Assembly (NCBI GenBank): GCA_026387235.1
Contig: JAPLMD010000042.1
Span: 3,185-67,184 of the forward strand
Direction: 5' to 3'
From: Candidatus Omnitrophota bacterium
GTDB taxonomy: Bacteria > Omnitrophota > Gorgyraeia > Gorgyraeales > Gorgyraeaceae
Length of the DNA stretch: 64,000 nucleotides
Shown here: positions 10,416 to 21,646 of the stretch, piece after piece
How positions within the stretch are numbered: the first letter of the stretch is position 1
Layout of the letters: each line of letters opens with the position of its first letter
Made by a program: the position numbers and the translations under genes
The notes under the pieces: model-generated
Database searches by the model: none
What the model saw: the letters and a program-made list of their open reading frames with translations, nothing else
Told to the model about the DNA's origin: nothing

Positions 10416-11059
10416 ATAGGCGCGAAACTTTTCCTGTGTATCAAGCAAGGCCCATGTTGCTTGATGGCCTCCAAATGAAATCTCGTGCCATATCCCTTGT
10501 GTTTAAAAAAACCATAAAGGGGATATTTTTTATCATACCGGTCCATGATCGCATCGCGCATTACCTTTGCGACTATTGACGCAGCTGCTATGGAAAAACT
10601 CTTGGAATCGCCTTTTATAATTGGAATTGTTTTATAGGGTAGAAACCCGCCAAATAGGCCATCTACTAGAACGCAGATATCTTTTCGGACATCTTTTTCT
10701 TTTTTATTAGCCAGCCGGCAGAATTTGAATACCAGTTTCTTAACAGCCTGCTTCATTGCTGCAAGCGTTGCCATGTGTATATTTTCTCTGTCTATATATT
10801 TATTATCTTTAATGCCTACCCCAAAAATAGCTTTCGCTGATATTTCTTTGAATGCCTTTTCTCTCTCCGGCGGCCGGAGTTTCTTAGAATCATCTATGTT
10901 TTCCTTGTATTCCGGCACCTTAAATATTCTCAAAGGAGAGCGGTTTAAAATCACAGCCCCCGCCACCACAGGACCTGCCAGAGGACCCCTGCCTGCTTCA
11001 TCGACTCCTATTATTATAGAAAAGCCTTTAAGAAACGCTTTCCGCTCCCAAGACAACAT
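10376..11059 (-). CDS. rnhB: Ribonuclease HII
   Basis: [22 protein letters not shown]...[24 protein letters not shown]. Start uncertain (11059 or 11113). Confidence 0.95.
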   Translation of the reverse strand: MLSWERKAFLKGFSIIIGVDEAGRGPLAGPVVAGAVILNRSPLRIFKVPEYKENIDDSKKLRPPEREKAFKEISAKAIFGVGIKDNKYIDRENIHMATLAAMKQAVKKLVFKFCRLANKKEKDVRKDICVLVDGLFGGFLPYKTIPIIKGDSKSFSIAAASIVAKVMRDAIMDRYDKKYPLYGFFKHKGYGTRFHLEAIKQHGPCLIHRKSFAPISEDIACGIRRTT

Positions 11060-11420
11060 CTGCCGGGTTTTTAGCGGCTTCTCTTTCTTCTTCGACCGTT
11101 GTATGTTTGCCAATTCTTTTCCTCAAATAATACAGCCTCGCCCTGTTAACCTTGCCTTTCTTGACAACCTTTATTGAGTCTATGTGCGGAGAATGCATAT
11201 GAAACACCCTCTCAACACCTTCTCCGAAAGATATACGCCTGACCGTAAAAGTCTCTTTTATCCCCGACCCTTTTCTGGCAATAACTATGCCTTCAAAAGC
11301 CTGGGACCTGGTCTTGTCGCCTTCTTTTATCCTGACTGCTACTCTGACAGTGTCGCCAACCTTGAAAACAGTGATTTCCTTTTTCATAAGATCTTTTTCC
11401 AGCTCTCTGATTATGTTCAT
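11028..11420 (-). CDS. rplS: 50S ribosomal protein L19
   Basis: [34 protein letters not shown]. Confidence 0.97.
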   Translation of the reverse strand: MNIIRELEKDLMKKEITVFKVGDTVRVAVRIKEGDKTRSQAFEGIVIARKGSGIKETFTVRRISFGEGVERVFHMHSPHIDSIKVVKKGKVNRARLYYLRKRIGKHTTVEEEREAAKNPADVVLGAESVS

Positions 11421-11435
11421 AATTCCTCCTTGAGC

Positions 11436-11501
11436 TTCTCGACTCAGCCCTTCGGGCTTCGCTCGAAGAATATTGTTCGAGCGAGCGAAGCGAGTCGAGA
11501 A
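11436..11501. repeat. Four-way palindromic element next to the rplS SD
   Basis: Outer stem TTCTCGACTC/GAGTCGAGAA, inner stem TCGCTCGAA/TTCGAGCGA, side hairpins AGCCC-TTC-GGGCT and GC-GAA-GC. Confidence 0.8.
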
Positions 11502-11505
11502 CTGT

Positions 11506-12195
11506 TTAATGTTTTAATAAATCCGGCCTTTTCTTTTTAGTTGTTTTTACCGCCTCTTTCTTTCTCCATTCTTTTATTTTCTCATGATCCCCGGACAAAA
11601 GAACATCCGGAACTTTCATGCCGTTGTAATCAGCCGGCCTTGTATAATGCGGATACTCCAAAAGATCTTCGGAAAACGACTCATCCTTGCAGGAATTCTC
11701 ATCTCCAAGAGCTCCCGGCAAAAGCCTTACAACGCCGTCAATTATTACCATGGCCGGTAATTCTCCGCCGGTCAAAATAAAATCTCCTATCGATATCTCG
11801 TCATCCGCTAGGTGCCCAGCAACCCTTTCGTCTATGCCTTCATAATGACCGCACAATAGCACCACGTGTTCATATTTTGACAATTTTACAGCAAGCGCCT
11901 GATTAAATCTCCTGCCTTTAGGGCTCAGAAGCACTGTTCTCGTCTTGAGCCTGAGGTCTTTTGTCTTTCTTCTTATATAATTAACAGCTTCAAAAAACGG
12001 CTCGGCATTCATCACCATGCCCGGGCCTCCGCCAAAAGGCTTATCATCCACCTTTCTATGCTTGTCTTTTGAAAAGAGCCTCAAATCTATTACATTTATT
12101 TCAACAACGCCTTTTTCTTTTGCCCTTTTTATAATAGACTCTCCCATCACCGCATCAAACATCTTCGGGAATATTGTCAGAACATCTATACGCAT
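11506..12195 (-). CDS. trmD: tRNA (guanine37-N1) methyltransferase
   Basis: [40 protein letters not shown]. Confidence 0.97.
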   Translation of the reverse strand: MRIDVLTIFPKMFDAVMGESIIKRAKEKGVVEINVIDLRLFSKDKHRKVDDKPFGGGPGMVMNAEPFFEAVNYIRRKTKDLRLKTRTVLLSPKGRRFNQALAVKLSKYEHVVLLCGHYEGIDERVAGHLADDEISIGDFILTGGELPAMVIIDGVVRLLPGALGDENSCKDESFSEDLLEYPHYTRPADYNGMKVPDVLLSGDHEKIKEWRKKEAVKTTKKKRPDLLKH

Positions 12196-12202
12196 TTGAT
12201 AA

Positions 12203-12445
12203 TTAAATTACACCCTGTTTTTTGAAAAGGCTCTTTATTATCTCTGTCGGCGTAGCGCCTTTTGACAACCAGATCCTGGCCCTTTCTTTATCTATACTTA
12301 GAAAGGTTGGCTTCTTGGATGGATCATAATATCCTAACTCCTCTATTGTTTTTCCATCTCTTGCGCGCCTTATATCGCATACGACAATCCTGCGATGAGG
12401 TTTCTTTTTCGTCCCTAATCTCTTTAATCTGATTCTAACTGCCAT
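12203..12445 (-). CDS. rpsP: 30S ribosomal protein S16
   Basis: MAVRIRLKRLGTKKKP, RDG..IEELGYYDP; SD GGGAGG. Confidence 0.96.
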   Translation of the reverse strand: MAVRIRLKRLGTKKKPHRRIVVCDIRRARDGKTIEELGYYDPSKKPTFLSIDKERARIWLSKGATPTEIIKSLFKKQGVI

Positions 12446-12454
12446 CTTTCCTCC

Positions 12455-12520
12455 CAAATTTTGCGAAGCAAAATTTGATCCCGAGCCGCCATTATACCCG
12501 CGTATACGCGGCGAGGGACC
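12455..12520. repeat. Family A copy A2 (abuts rpsP SD)
   Basis: CAAATTTTGC-GAA-GCAAAATTTG ATCCC-GA-GCCGC...GCGGC-GA-GGGACC. Confidence 0.88.
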
Positions 12521-12526
12521 TTTATA

Positions 12527-13792
12527 CTAATCCTCTTTTTCTCTTTTTATCCGTACGCCTAATTTTTCTAATTTCTCCTCTATGTTATAATAACCCCTGT
12601 CAAGGTGGTATATCCTGGATATCTCTGTTTTGCCTTTTGCAACAAGACCTGCCAGAACCAGCCCTGCGCTTGCCCTTAAATCAGAAGCCATTACAGGCGC
12701 CGCGCTAAGCCTCGGAACGCCTTTGACTATCGCGCTCGAACCTTCCAGTATTATATGCGCGCCCATCCTGGCTAGTTCGCTTATATGCATGAATCTTTCC
12801 GGATATATCTTCTCCGTTATCACGCTTATGCCTTTGGTCATGCACATAAGCGCCATCATCTGGGCCTGCATGTCAGTAGGGAAGCCGGGATAAGGCAGCG
12901 TAGTGACGTCAACGGGCCTTATAAAACCCGTCTTTACAACGCGCATCCCGTCTTTAGTGTTTGTGATCTTCACGCCTACGTCTTTTAATTTATCTATAAT
13001 AGCCCCGAGATGCTCTATATTAGCCCCTTTTATTAACACGTCTCCTCCGGTAATTGCAGAAGCTATCATAAAAGTACCGGCCTCTACCCTGTCGTTTATT
13101 ATGGAATATTCCGCTCCGTGAAGTGATTTCACGCCCTCTATCTCCAATATCGGAGTTCTCTGGCCTTTTATTTTTGCGCCCATCTCAACAAGAAAATCCG
13201 CAAGGTCGCAAACCTCCGGTTCGCACGCTGCGTTTTCAATGACAGTCTTTCCCTTTGCAAGCGTTGCAGCCATCATGACGTTAGCCGTAGCAAGGACGCT
13301 GGACCCGAATTTGCCTCCGAGGTAAACACGGCCGCCCGTAAGATTTTTTGCGTCTGCGATTATGTATCCATGCTCCACTTTTAAATCAGCGCCTAAGGCC
13401 TTAAGCCCTTTTACATGCAGGTCGATCGGTCTCGGCCCTATTATGCATCCTCCGGGCATTGACACCTCTGCATGTTTCAATTTCGCAAGTAAGGGCCCGA
13501 GCACGCATACAGAAGCCCTCATTGTGCTGACGAGTTTATACGGCGCGACGTAATTAGAGTATCCGTTCGGATGAATGACAACGACCCCGTCTTCCATGTC
13601 AGCCCTGACGCCCATATTCCTGAGTATCCTGAGCATCGTATACACGTCGCGTAAAGGCGGGACATTCCTTATGATGCATTTTTCGTCTGTCAGGAGAGTG
13701 GCTGCCAGTATAGGAAGCGCTGCATTTTTTGCGCCGCTTATCTCTACAGTGCCTTTTAGTCTCACTCCGCCTTCTACAATAAATTTATCCAC
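12527..13792 (-). CDS. murA: UDP-N-acetylglucosamine 1-carboxyvinyltransferase
   Basis: SGAKNAALP, MRAS, PGGCIIGPRP, PGFPTDMQ, DLRA, HLDRGY. Confidence 0.97.
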   Translation of the reverse strand: MDKFIVEGGVRLKGTVEISGAKNAALPILAATLLTDEKCIIRNVPPLRDVYTMLRILRNMGVRADMEDGVVVIHPNGYSNYVAPYKLVSTMRASVCVLGPLLAKLKHAEVSMPGGCIIGPRPIDLHVKGLKALGADLKVEHGYIIADAKNLTGGRVYLGGKFGSSVLATANVMMAATLAKGKTVIENAACEPEVCDLADFLVEMGAKIKGQRTPILEIEGVKSLHGAEYSIINDRVEAGTFMIASAITGGDVLIKGANIEHLGAIIDKLKDVGVKITNTKDGMRVVKTGFIRPVDVTTLPYPGFPTDMQAQMMALMCMTKGISVITEKIYPERFMHISELARMGAHIILEGSSAIVKGVPRLSAAPVMASDLRASAGLVLAGLVAKGKTEISRIYHLDRGYYNIEEKLEKLGVRIKREKED

Positions 13793-14625
13793 ATTGCCCT
13801 TTCTATGCCTGAAAAATCCTTGATTATCTTATGTATCTCAAATATGTTATATAAGGAAAAAATATCTTTCAAAGCCTGTTTTTGGCCAAAGCCTATTTCC
13901 AATAAAATACTGCCGCATTTTTCCAAATATCTATGTGATTCTTTCGCTATGATCCTGTAAAAATCCAAACCATCCCCTCCGCCGTTCAAAGCAATCTCCG
14001 GCTCTTGTTTCACTTCATTCTGTAAATATGGAAATTCAGCCTTTTTTACATAAGGCGGGTTACAGACTATTATATCAAATTTAGGATTTTTATCAAATAC
14101 TAAAGCGTTAAAAACATTTCCTTTATAAAATTTTATTCTCTCACTCACATTATGCCGCGCCGCATTTTTCTCTGCTATCTTTAAAGCAGCCTCGGATATG
14201 TCAGTAGCCGTTACTTCAATTTGCGGCATCAATTTAGCCAGGCTTACGGCGATGTTTCCGCTGCCTGTGCATAAATCTAATATTCTGAAGCTCTTATCTG
14301 GTGAATTAAGTAATTCATTCACCAATATCTCTGTCTCTGGCCTGGGTATGAACGTATCTTTCGTTACAATAAAATCCAGGCCCATAAATTCTGCGCAGCC
14401 TGTAATGTATTGCACAGGTTCCCCGTTCAGCCGGCGGCTAATCAAAGAATCATATAATTCTTCTATCGTTTCATTGATGCTGAAATTCCTGATATACAAA
14501 TCTATTCTGGCGCAATTAAACAGATATTCTAAAAGCATCTCTGTTTCGACCTTGGAAACAATGCCGGAATATTTGTTTATTAAATAAAAAACGTCTCTTT
14601 TGCAAGTTTTACTACTTAATATCAT
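13774..14625 (-). CDS. prmC: Release factor glutamine methyltransferase
   Basis: IPRPETE, LDLCTGSG, NPPY; follows prfA. Confidence 0.95.
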   Translation of the reverse strand: MILSSKTCKRDVFYLINKYSGIVSKVETEMLLEYLFNCARIDLYIRNFSINETIEELYDSLISRRLNGEPVQYITGCAEFMGLDFIVTKDTFIPRPETEILVNELLNSPDKSFRILDLCTGSGNIAVSLAKLMPQIEVTATDISEAALKIAEKNAARHNVSERIKFYKGNVFNALVFDKNPKFDIIVCNPPYVKKAEFPYLQNEVKQEPEIALNGGGDGLDFYRIIAKESHRYLEKCGSILLEIGFGQKQALKDIFSLYNIFEIHKIIKDFSGIERAMWINLL

Positions 14626-15703
14626 TTTGCGCTCCCGATATGGATTGGTTTAATTTTAACTTTCTTTCTGCTTCTATAAGGGCATTTAAAATTTTATCTA
14701 TTTCGCCTTCCATTACGTTCGGCAGATCGTGTATTGTAAAGCCTATCCTATGATCCGTAACCCTGCGGTCCGGAAAATTATAAGTCCTGATTTTTTCGCT
14801 TCTGTCTCCGCTGCCTACCTGGATACGCCTGTCCTTTGCTATTTTTTCTTCATGCTTTTTCCTGATGTGATCCAAAAGCCTTGCCCTCAATACCCTCATG
14901 GCCTTCTCCTTATTCTTACTCTGAGATCTTTCATCCTGGCATGTAACAACCATGCCTGACGGTATATGCGTAATGCGCACCGCTGATTCTATCTTGTTTA
15001 CGCCTTGACCACCGGCGCCTGATGCCCTGTATACATCTACTCTTAAATCCTGCGGATTAATCTGAACGTCGACGTCCTCTGCCTCGGCAAGAACCGCTAC
15101 TGTCACGGCAGACGTATGAATCCTGCCTGACGCTTCCGTAGCAGGAACTCTCTGGACCCTGTGGCAGCCTTTCTCGTATTTAAGTTTTTTGTACGCGCCT
15201 TGGCCTTTTACGGCAAATATCACTTCCTTGAACCCTCCTGCTTCAGCTGGATGAGCGTCCATAATTTCCACCTTCCAATTATTTTTCGCGGCATACTTAG
15301 AGTACATTCTGAAAAGATCTCCCGCAAAAAGAGAAGCCTCTGCCCCGCCTGTTCCTGCCCTGATCTCCACAATCACATCTTTATCCGCGTCAGGGTCTTC
15401 TTCCAGCATCATCTCTTCTAATCCAAGCTGGAGCTGTTTTTGTCTTTTTTCCAGCTCTTCTATTTCTTTATCCGCCATATCAACAATTTCTTTATTAGTT
15501 TCTTTTTCCGAAAGATGCTTTGCGCCGCTTATCTCAGAAACAACCTTCTTATACTCGCTATATTTTTTAACAATACCTTCAAGCGAAGACAGTTCTCTGG
15601 CGAGCTTCTGATATTTATCAATGTCGGCTATAACATCGTGATCTGACATTAACATATGCAATTCGTTGTAACGTTTTAATATAGAGTCTAATTTTTCAAA
15701 CAT
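14612..15703 (-). CDS. prfA: Peptide chain release factor 1
   Basis: GTGG.EA, RVQRVPATE (PxT), GAGGQ, RTYNFP. Confidence 0.97.
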   Translation of the reverse strand: MFEKLDSILKRYNELHMLMSDHDVIADIDKYQKLARELSSLEGIVKKYSEYKKVVSEISGAKHLSEKETNKEIVDMADKEIEELEKRQKQLQLGLEEMMLEEDPDADKDVIVEIRAGTGGAEASLFAGDLFRMYSKYAAKNNWKVEIMDAHPAEAGGFKEVIFAVKGQGAYKKLKYEKGCHRVQRVPATEASGRIHTSAVTVAVLAEAEDVDVQINPQDLRVDVYRASGAGGQGVNKIESAVRITHIPSGMVVTCQDERSQSKNKEKAMRVLRARLLDHIRKKHEEKIAKDRRIQVGSGDRSEKIRTYNFPDRRVTDHRIGFTIHDLPNVMEGEIDKILNALIEAERKLKLNQSISGAQNDIK

Positions 15704-15732
15704 AATGATATTCCGGCATTGCCTGCTCTATT

Positions 15733-15797
15733 ATTTAGAGACGTCTCTAAATGCTGTATTCCGCCCAAGGAACCCCGGGCTTGAGCCCGGGTGGGCT
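15733..15797. repeat. 20-bp perfect palindrome plus GC-rich hairpin between rpmE and prfA
   Basis: ATTTAGAGACGTCTCTAAAT (15733-15752); CCCGGGC-TTGA-GCCCGGG. Confidence 0.6.
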
Positions 15798-16010
15798 TCA
15801 TTTCTTCTCTTCCTTCTTACTATATTTCTTCAAAAACTTTTCTACCCTGCCTGCGGAATCCACGAATTTCTGCTTGCCCGTGAAAAAAGGGTGACACTTA
15901 GAACATATTTCCACACGCAGATTCTGTTTTGTAGAACGCGTGCGAATAACCTCTCCGCATGCGCACGTAATAACCGCTTCCTTGTACTCCGGGTGAATTT
16001 TGTCTTTCAT
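15798..16010 (-). CDS. rpmE: 50S ribosomal protein L31 (Zn-binding type)
   Basis: [29 protein letters not shown]. Confidence 0.96.
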   Translation of the reverse strand: MKDKIHPEYKEAVITCACGEVIRTRSTKQNLRVEICSKCHPFFTGKQKFVDSAGRVEKFLKKYSKKEEKK

Positions 16011-16019
16011 TTTATCCTC

Positions 16020-17285
16020 CTATTTATTCATGCTGTCCAAGAAATCTTCATTTGTTTTAGTCTTGCTGATTTTCTCTATTAAAAGCTCCATTGCTTCTAC
16101 GCTATTCAATTCATTCAAGACTTTTCTGAGAAGCCATATCCTCTGAAGCTCTTTTGCATCCACAAGCAGGTCCTCTTTTCTGGTATTGGACCTCTTGATG
16201 TCTATAGCAGGATAAATCCTTCTCTGGAAAAGAGTCCTGTCCATCTGCAGTTCCATATTGCCTGTGCCTTTGAATTCTTCAAAAATAACCTCATCCATCC
16301 TGCTGCCCGTATCTACGAGAGCTGTTGCTATGATGGTAAGGCTCCCTCCTTCTTCTATGTTCCTTGCAGCTCCAAAAAATCTTTTTGGTTTATGAAGCGC
16401 GTTTGAATCCACTCCTCCTGAAAGTATTTTGCCTGAATGAGGCACTACGGTGTTATATGCCCTGGCCAGCCTGGTAATGCTATCCAGAAGTATGACCACG
16501 TCTTTTTTATGCTCCACCAACCTCTTTGCTTTTTCAAGCACCATCTCCGCAACCTGAACATGCCTTTCAGCAGGCTCGTCGAAAGTGGAGCTGATAACCT
16601 CTCCTTTTACAGACCTCTGCATGTCAGTAACTTCCTCGGGCCGCTCATCTATCAACAGCACCATGATAATTGTGTCCGGAAAATTGGTTGCGATACTATT
16701 GGCTATCTTCTGCATTATTATGGTTTTACCGCTGTAAGGAGGCGCAACTATCATCCCTCTCTGGCCTTTCCCTACGGGAGTCAATAAATCCATTATGCGC
16801 ATAGATGTGTCTACAGTTTTCGTCTCCAGTTTATATCTTATGTTAGGATATATCGGAGTAAGGTTATCGAAAAGCACTTTGTCCTTTGCCGCCTCAGGGC
16901 TTTCAAAATTAACAGCCTCCACCTTTAATAATGCGAAATATCTTTCGCCTTCTTTAGGAGGCCGTATCTGCCCGCTCACTGTGTCGCCCGTTCTCAAATC
17001 AAATTTCCTAATCTGCGAAGGCGATATGTATATATCGTCAGGACACGGCAGATAGTTATAGTTCGGCGAACGGAGAAAACCAAATCCATCAGGCAATATC
17101 TCCAGAACCCCTTCCCCGAATATAAGCCCGTCTTTTTCTGTCTGAGCCTGGAGGATTTTGAATATCATGTCCTGTTTTTTTAACCCGCTCACGCCGTTTA
17201 TGTTCATATCATGCGCGAGTTTATTTAATTCGGTTATCTTCATTGATTTCAATTTTTCAATATCTAGTTTTTCTTTCACGTCCAT
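16020..17285 (-). CDS. rho: Transcription termination factor Rho
   Basis: [44 protein letters not shown]. Confidence 0.97.
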   Translation of the reverse strand: MDVKEKLDIEKLKSMKITELNKLAHDMNINGVSGLKKQDMIFKILQAQTEKDGLIFGEGVLEILPDGFGFLRSPNYNYLPCPDDIYISPSQIRKFDLRTGDTVSGQIRPPKEGERYFALLKVEAVNFESPEAAKDKVLFDNLTPIYPNIRYKLETKTVDTSMRIMDLLTPVGKGQRGMIVAPPYSGKTIIMQKIANSIATNFPDTIIMVLLIDERPEEVTDMQRSVKGEVISSTFDEPAERHVQVAEMVLEKAKRLVEHKKDVVILLDSITRLARAYNTVVPHSGKILSGGVDSNALHKPKRFFGAARNIEEGGSLTIIATALVDTGSRMDEVIFEEFKGTGNMELQMDRTLFQRRIYPAIDIKRSNTRKEDLLVDAKELQRIWLLRKVLNELNSVEAMELLIEKISKTKTNEDFLDSMNK

Positions 17286-17286
17286 G

Positions 17287-17868
17287 TTATACTCCTCGTT
17301 TTTTCCAGATCTCTTTGACCTGGGTTAATGTGTTTGTTTTCGATCCGCTATTATCTATGATAAAATCCGCGAATGCCAGTTTTTCCTTAAAAGGCATCTG
17401 CATCCTTATTCTCTTTAGAGTTTCTTCGGCAGATAATCCCCTATTTTCTCTTATTCTTCTAATTTGCTCTTCTTTTTTATTTGCCACCACTATTACCTTA
17501 TCCATTTCTCTATAAAAACCTGTTTCCACCAAAAGAGGCGCCTCGATAACTATAACCTTGCCTCTTTTGGATTTCGCTATGTCTCTTATCTCTTTTATGA
17601 CCTCGAAATGAGTAACGCTATTAAGAAGTTTAAGTTTTGATTTTTCTTTAAATACGATATTTCCGAGCTTTTTCCTGTCTATCCGCCCTGTCCTGCTTAA
17701 TATATCTTTGCCGAAACGCCTGACTATTTTTTTATAACAATTTTCCCCGGGCATTATAAGCGAATGATAAACCTTATCCGCGTCAATTGCATAAGCGCCG
17801 AGTCGCGCAAACATTTTCGCAACTGTCGTCTTCCCGCTTCCAAAACTTCCTGTAACGCCGATAATCAT
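17287..17868 (-). CDS. coaE: Dephospho-CoA kinase
   Basis: [32 protein letters not shown]. Confidence 0.94.
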   Translation of the reverse strand: MIIGVTGSFGSGKTTVAKMFARLGAYAIDADKVYHSLIMPGENCYKKIVRRFGKDILSRTGRIDRKKLGNIVFKEKSKLKLLNSVTHFEVIKEIRDIAKSKRGKVIVIEAPLLVETGFYREMDKVIVVANKKEEQIRRIRENRGLSAEETLKRIRMQMPFKEKLAFADFIIDNSGSKTNTLTQVKEIWKKRGV

Positions 17869-17870
17869 GA

Positions 17871-20555
17871 TTAAATCTCTTTCATCTCCAGCCAATTTTT
17901 TCCGTACTGCACGCTTGCCTTTATGGGGACCGATAGCTTTACGGCGCCTTCCATCTCTTCTTTTACAAGTTCTTTCATTTTATCCAGCTCATCCTTGGGT
18001 ACTTCAAAAACAAGTTCATCATGCACCTGTAAAGTCATCAGCGATTTTAAATTCTCTTTCTTCATCCTCCTGCATATATTTATCATCGCTATTTTTATCA
18101 GATCCGCTGCCGAACCCTGGACAGGCGTATTTATGGCAATCCTCTCCGCCTGCTGCTGTTCTCTTATGCCGCCTGTTTTTATTTCAGGGATATATCTCCG
18201 CCTGTTGAAAAGAGTTGTTACATACCCAGCACTTCTAGCCTCTTCGATTTTGTCTTCCATATAAACTCTTACGGCTGGATATCTTTCAAAATACGAATCT
18301 ATGAATTGCTGGGCGCTAGCCGGATCTATGTTAAGGCCTTTACTTAAACCAAAAGCGCTGATGCCGTATATTATGCCAAAGTTCACGGTCTTAGCGCTCA
18401 CCCTCATTTCCGGCGTTACTTCGCTTTCATTCACGCCAAAAATCAAAGAAGCAGTATGGGTATGCACGTCTCTATTATTTTCAAACGCAGATAGAAGCTC
18501 AGGGTCTTTCGAGAGATGCGCCAGAATCCTCAGCTCTATCTGGGAATAATCAGCTGACATTATTAAATTACCGCCTTCCCCTACAAAAGCCTTTCTTATC
18601 TTTCTGCCTTCTTCCGTCTTTATCGGAATATTCTGAAGATTTGGATTAGAGGATGAAAGCCTTCCTGTAGCCGTAACCGCCTGGTTAAAAGAAGTGTGAA
18701 GCCTTCCTGTTTTTTTATTAATCAGCTCCGGCAATGCATCTACGTAAGTAGACTTCAGTTTGGATAATTCCCTGTATTTCAATAGTTCTTTAGCTAGCGG
18801 ATGCAAAGAAGAAAGCCTTTCAAGAACCTCTACGTCCGTCGAAGCGCCGGTCTTTGTCTTTTTTACAACAGGCAGCCCTAATTTTTCAAATAAAATCCGG
18901 CTGAGCTGTTTCGGGGAATTAATGTTGAATTCTTCGCCTGCTATCCGATATATCTCCTTAGTGAGCGCAGAAAGTTCTTTCTCCATATCAGACGAGGTTT
19001 CTTTTAAAAAATCAACATCTATCTTTATTCCATTCTTCTCTATCTCGCCCAAAATATCTACAAGCGGCAGCTCTATATCGTTAAAAAGCGATTCCAGCTC
19101 TTTTTTAAAAATCTCTTTTTCAAATACATTTTTAAGCCTCAGCGTGACATCGCTATCTTCGCAAGAATATGCGGAGACCTTCTCTACGTCCACCTTGTCC
19201 ATCGTAATTCTTTTCTTGCCAGTGCCCAGAAGTTCGTCAATAGAGGTCATTTTATGGTCAAGGTATTCAAACGCAAGGTCATCCAGGCCATGGCTCATCC
19301 TGGAAGGGTTCAGCAGATACGATGCTATCATCGTGTCATAAGATATGCCCTTAACCTCTATGCCATAATTTGACAATACCAGCTTGTCATATTTTATATT
19401 CTGCCCGATTTTCTTTATGTTTCCGTCTTCAAGAATAGGCTTTAGTTTTTTAATAACTGCTTCTAAATCTACGCCTTTGGCATATGGCGCAGAGCGCGGA
19501 GCCACGTAATACGCTTCGCCTTCTTTCCAGCAAAACGATATGCCTACAAGCTCTGCTTCCATCGGGCGTTCGCTCGTGGTTTCAATGTCCAGAACAAACT
19601 CTTTCTTTGTTTTCAACTCTCCGATAAAATCCCTGAAATCTTCAGCGCTAGCGATTGTCTTATAGTTGGCCGCTTTATGAACATCCGAATAGCATGACGC
19701 GATTTCCCTGGCAAAGTTTTTAAACTCCAGCTCTTTAAAAATGGCTAATAGTTTTTCCGAATCAGGGCCTGTTGAGCGCATGACATCAGCGTCTATTTCT
19801 ATCGGCACCTCTGAATCCACAGTAGCGAGCTCCTTGGACATCCTCGCGCTATCTTCCTGCTCAGACAGCATTCTTTTTCTTGATTCGCTTTTTATCTTAT
19901 CGAGATTTTTATAAAGATTGTCCAGGCTTCCAAACTCCTTTATAAGCTCAATGGCTGTTTTTTCTCCTATGCCCCGCACACCCGGAATGTTATCAGTGGC
20001 ATCACCTGCAAGAGCGATAAAATCAGTTATGTTTTCAGGCCCGAGCCCTGAAAATCTTTCCTTTACGGCTTCAGAGTCGTAAACAAGCTCATCTTTATGC
20101 GTGCTGTAAACTTTTATATTATTATCGACTATCTGAAGCATGTCTTTATCGCCCGTGACTATATACACTTCTATGCCCTGCTGAGATATTTTTTTAGCAA
20201 TAGTGGCCAGGATATCATCCGCCTCAAAACCCTGTTTTTCAAAAATAGGTATGTTATACGCAGATATAGTTTCTTTTATTAAGCCCATTTGGCTTACAAG
20301 ATCGTCCGGCATGGGCTTTCTATGAACCTTGTAACCATCAAACTGCTCGTGCCTGAACGTAGGGCCCTTCAGGTCAAACGCCACACCAATATAAGCAGGC
20401 TTTTCTTTCTCTAGTAATTTTTTAAGCATCAGGATAAAGCCGTAGACCGCGTTCGTGGGCCTGCCTTTTGAATTCCTTAGCTCTTTTATGGCATAAAAAG
20501 CTCTATAACAATAAGAATTTCCATCAATCAAAAAAAGTTTTTCTTTTTTAGTCAT
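17871..20555 (-). CDS. polA: DNA polymerase I
   Basis: LIDGNS..YRAF, GD..DNIPGV.GIG.KTA, TGRLSS..PNLQNIP, DYSQIELR, QVHDEL. Confidence 0.97.
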   Translation of the reverse strand: MTKKEKLFLIDGNSYCYRAFYAIKELRNSKGRPTNAVYGFILMLKKLLEKEKPAYIGVAFDLKGPTFRHEQFDGYKVHRKPMPDDLVSQMGLIKETISAYNIPIFEKQGFEADDILATIAKKISQQGIEVYIVTGDKDMLQIVDNNIKVYSTHKDELVYDSEAVKERFSGLGPENITDFIALAGDATDNIPGVRGIGEKTAIELIKEFGSLDNLYKNLDKIKSESRKRMLSEQEDSARMSKELATVDSEVPIEIDADVMRSTGPDSEKLLAIFKELEFKNFAREIASCYSDVHKAANYKTIASAEDFRDFIGELKTKKEFVLDIETTSERPMEAELVGISFCWKEGEAYYVAPRSAPYAKGVDLEAVIKKLKPILEDGNIKKIGQNIKYDKLVLSNYGIEVKGISYDTMIASYLLNPSRMSHGLDDLAFEYLDHKMTSIDELLGTGKKRITMDKVDVEKVSAYSCEDSDVTLRLKNVFEKEIFKKELESLFNDIELPLVDILGEIEKNGIKIDVDFLKETSSDMEKELSALTKEIYRIAGEEFNINSPKQLSRILFEKLGLPVVKKTKTGASTDVEVLERLSSLHPLAKELLKYRELSKLKSTYVDALPELINKKTGRLHTSFNQAVTATGRLSSSNPNLQNIPIKTEEGRKIRKAFVGEGGNLIMSADYSQIELRILAHLSKDPELLSAFENNRDVHTHTASLIFGVNESEVTPEMRVSAKTVNFGIIYGISAFGLSKGLNIDPASAQQFIDSYFERYPAVRVYMEDKIEEARSAGYVTTLFNRRRYIPEIKTGGIREQQQAERIAINTPVQGSAADLIKIAMINICRRMKKENLKSLMTLQVHDELVFEVPKDELDKMKELVKEEMEGAVKLSVPIKASVQYGKNWLEMKEI

Positions 20556-20620
20556 TCATTATTTATACGGGATTTCCTAAAATAGGAAGGGTATTTCTCT
20601 GCATAAATCAGGCGGTTCTG

Positions 20621-21646
20621 CTACTCTGGTAAAATACTTAAAATTGCTTCGAATTCTTTTTTGGCGCCCGCAAAATCTTTCTGGCGGTAACATATCATAC
20701 CTTCTTTATAATAATCCTCTATCCTTTCCTCCTTCATTTTAAACTTTATTTCGTCTTCTAATTCTGAGAACGACTTACTTTCCTTGGAATCCTGCTTGGC
20801 AAGCCTTATTACATCCAGCGCCTTTGCGTATTCGCCTTTATTGTAATAATCTCTTGCCTTGCCATAAGATGCGCTCGCTCCGCTGTTAGTTGCCGCTTTA
20901 GGCTCTTTGGCATTTTCTTTGCTGTCTTTTTCTTTTCTCAGCCTTTCTTCGGCCAACTTCAAGGATTCCTGAAGTTCTTTGTCTATATTCTTATCTGATT
21001 TTGAAATTTTGACAGGTTGTTTCTTTTTTTCAGATCCTATCCTAGTCCAACCAGAATCTTTTTTTGCTTTTGGTTTAGGCTCTGGTTTTTGTTTTTTTTC
21101 AACAGGAGCCTGCTGCTTTATTTTTGGCGGTTCAGCCTTTAGTTCAGTCTTTTCTGTTTTATCAATCAGGCCGAGCTTTTCTAGCCTACTACTTGCTTCC
21201 TGAGTCCATGGATCGTTCGGGTTGCCTAATTTATATCTTCTCATCCAGTGAAAAGCAGCTCTTTCCAGCTCGCCTTTTCTCTCATAAAGAAGCGCCAGGT
21301 TCGTATGAACTTCTTTATAATTCGAATCCAAAACAAGGGCTTTCTCGTATTCAGCTTCCGCCCTATCCAGCCATCCTTTTGTCTCAAATAGAATGCCGAG
21401 ATCATTGTGCGGAGAAGCATATTCAGGCTTAATATTAGCCGCCTTCTGATACCATTCAATAGCGGTATCTATATCTCCGCGCTGCTGCGCATCATACCCC
21501 TTTGCCCGATATGTTTCCGCTTCGCTCGATATTCCCACTACATTTCCGGCATACATATAAGGTATAATTAAAAATGGCAGGAAAAACAAAATCGCAGAAT
21601 AGATCAACCCGCGTCTTACAAATCTTATACTATTTATTTTTCTCAT
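20621..21646 (-). CDS. Membrane-anchored or secreted TPR protein with a Lys/Pro-rich linker
   Basis: N-terminal hydrophobic segment; TPR repeats (HNDLGILFE, HTNLALLYE). Confidence 0.75.
   Translation of the reverse strand: MRKINSIRFVRRGLIYSAILFFLPFLIIPYMYAGNVVGISSEAETYRAKGYDAQQRGDIDTAIEWYQKAANIKPEYASPHNDLGILFETKGWLDRAEAEYEKALVLDSNYKEVHTNLALLYERKGELERAAFHWMRRYKLGNPNDPWTQEASSRLEKLGLIDKTEKTELKAEPPKIKQQAPVEKKQKPEPKPKAKKDSGWTRIGSEKKKQPVKISKSDKNIDKELQESLKLAEERLRKEKDSKENAKEPKAATNSGASASYGKARDYYNKGEYAKALDVIRLAKQDSKESKSFSELEDEIKFKMKEERIEDYYKEGMICYRQKDFAGAKKEFEAILSILPE

Noticed and set aside
16020-17285. Variant Rho P-loop (APPYSGKT)
   Set aside because: The GKT core and the other motifs are intact, so this is probably neutral lineage variation.
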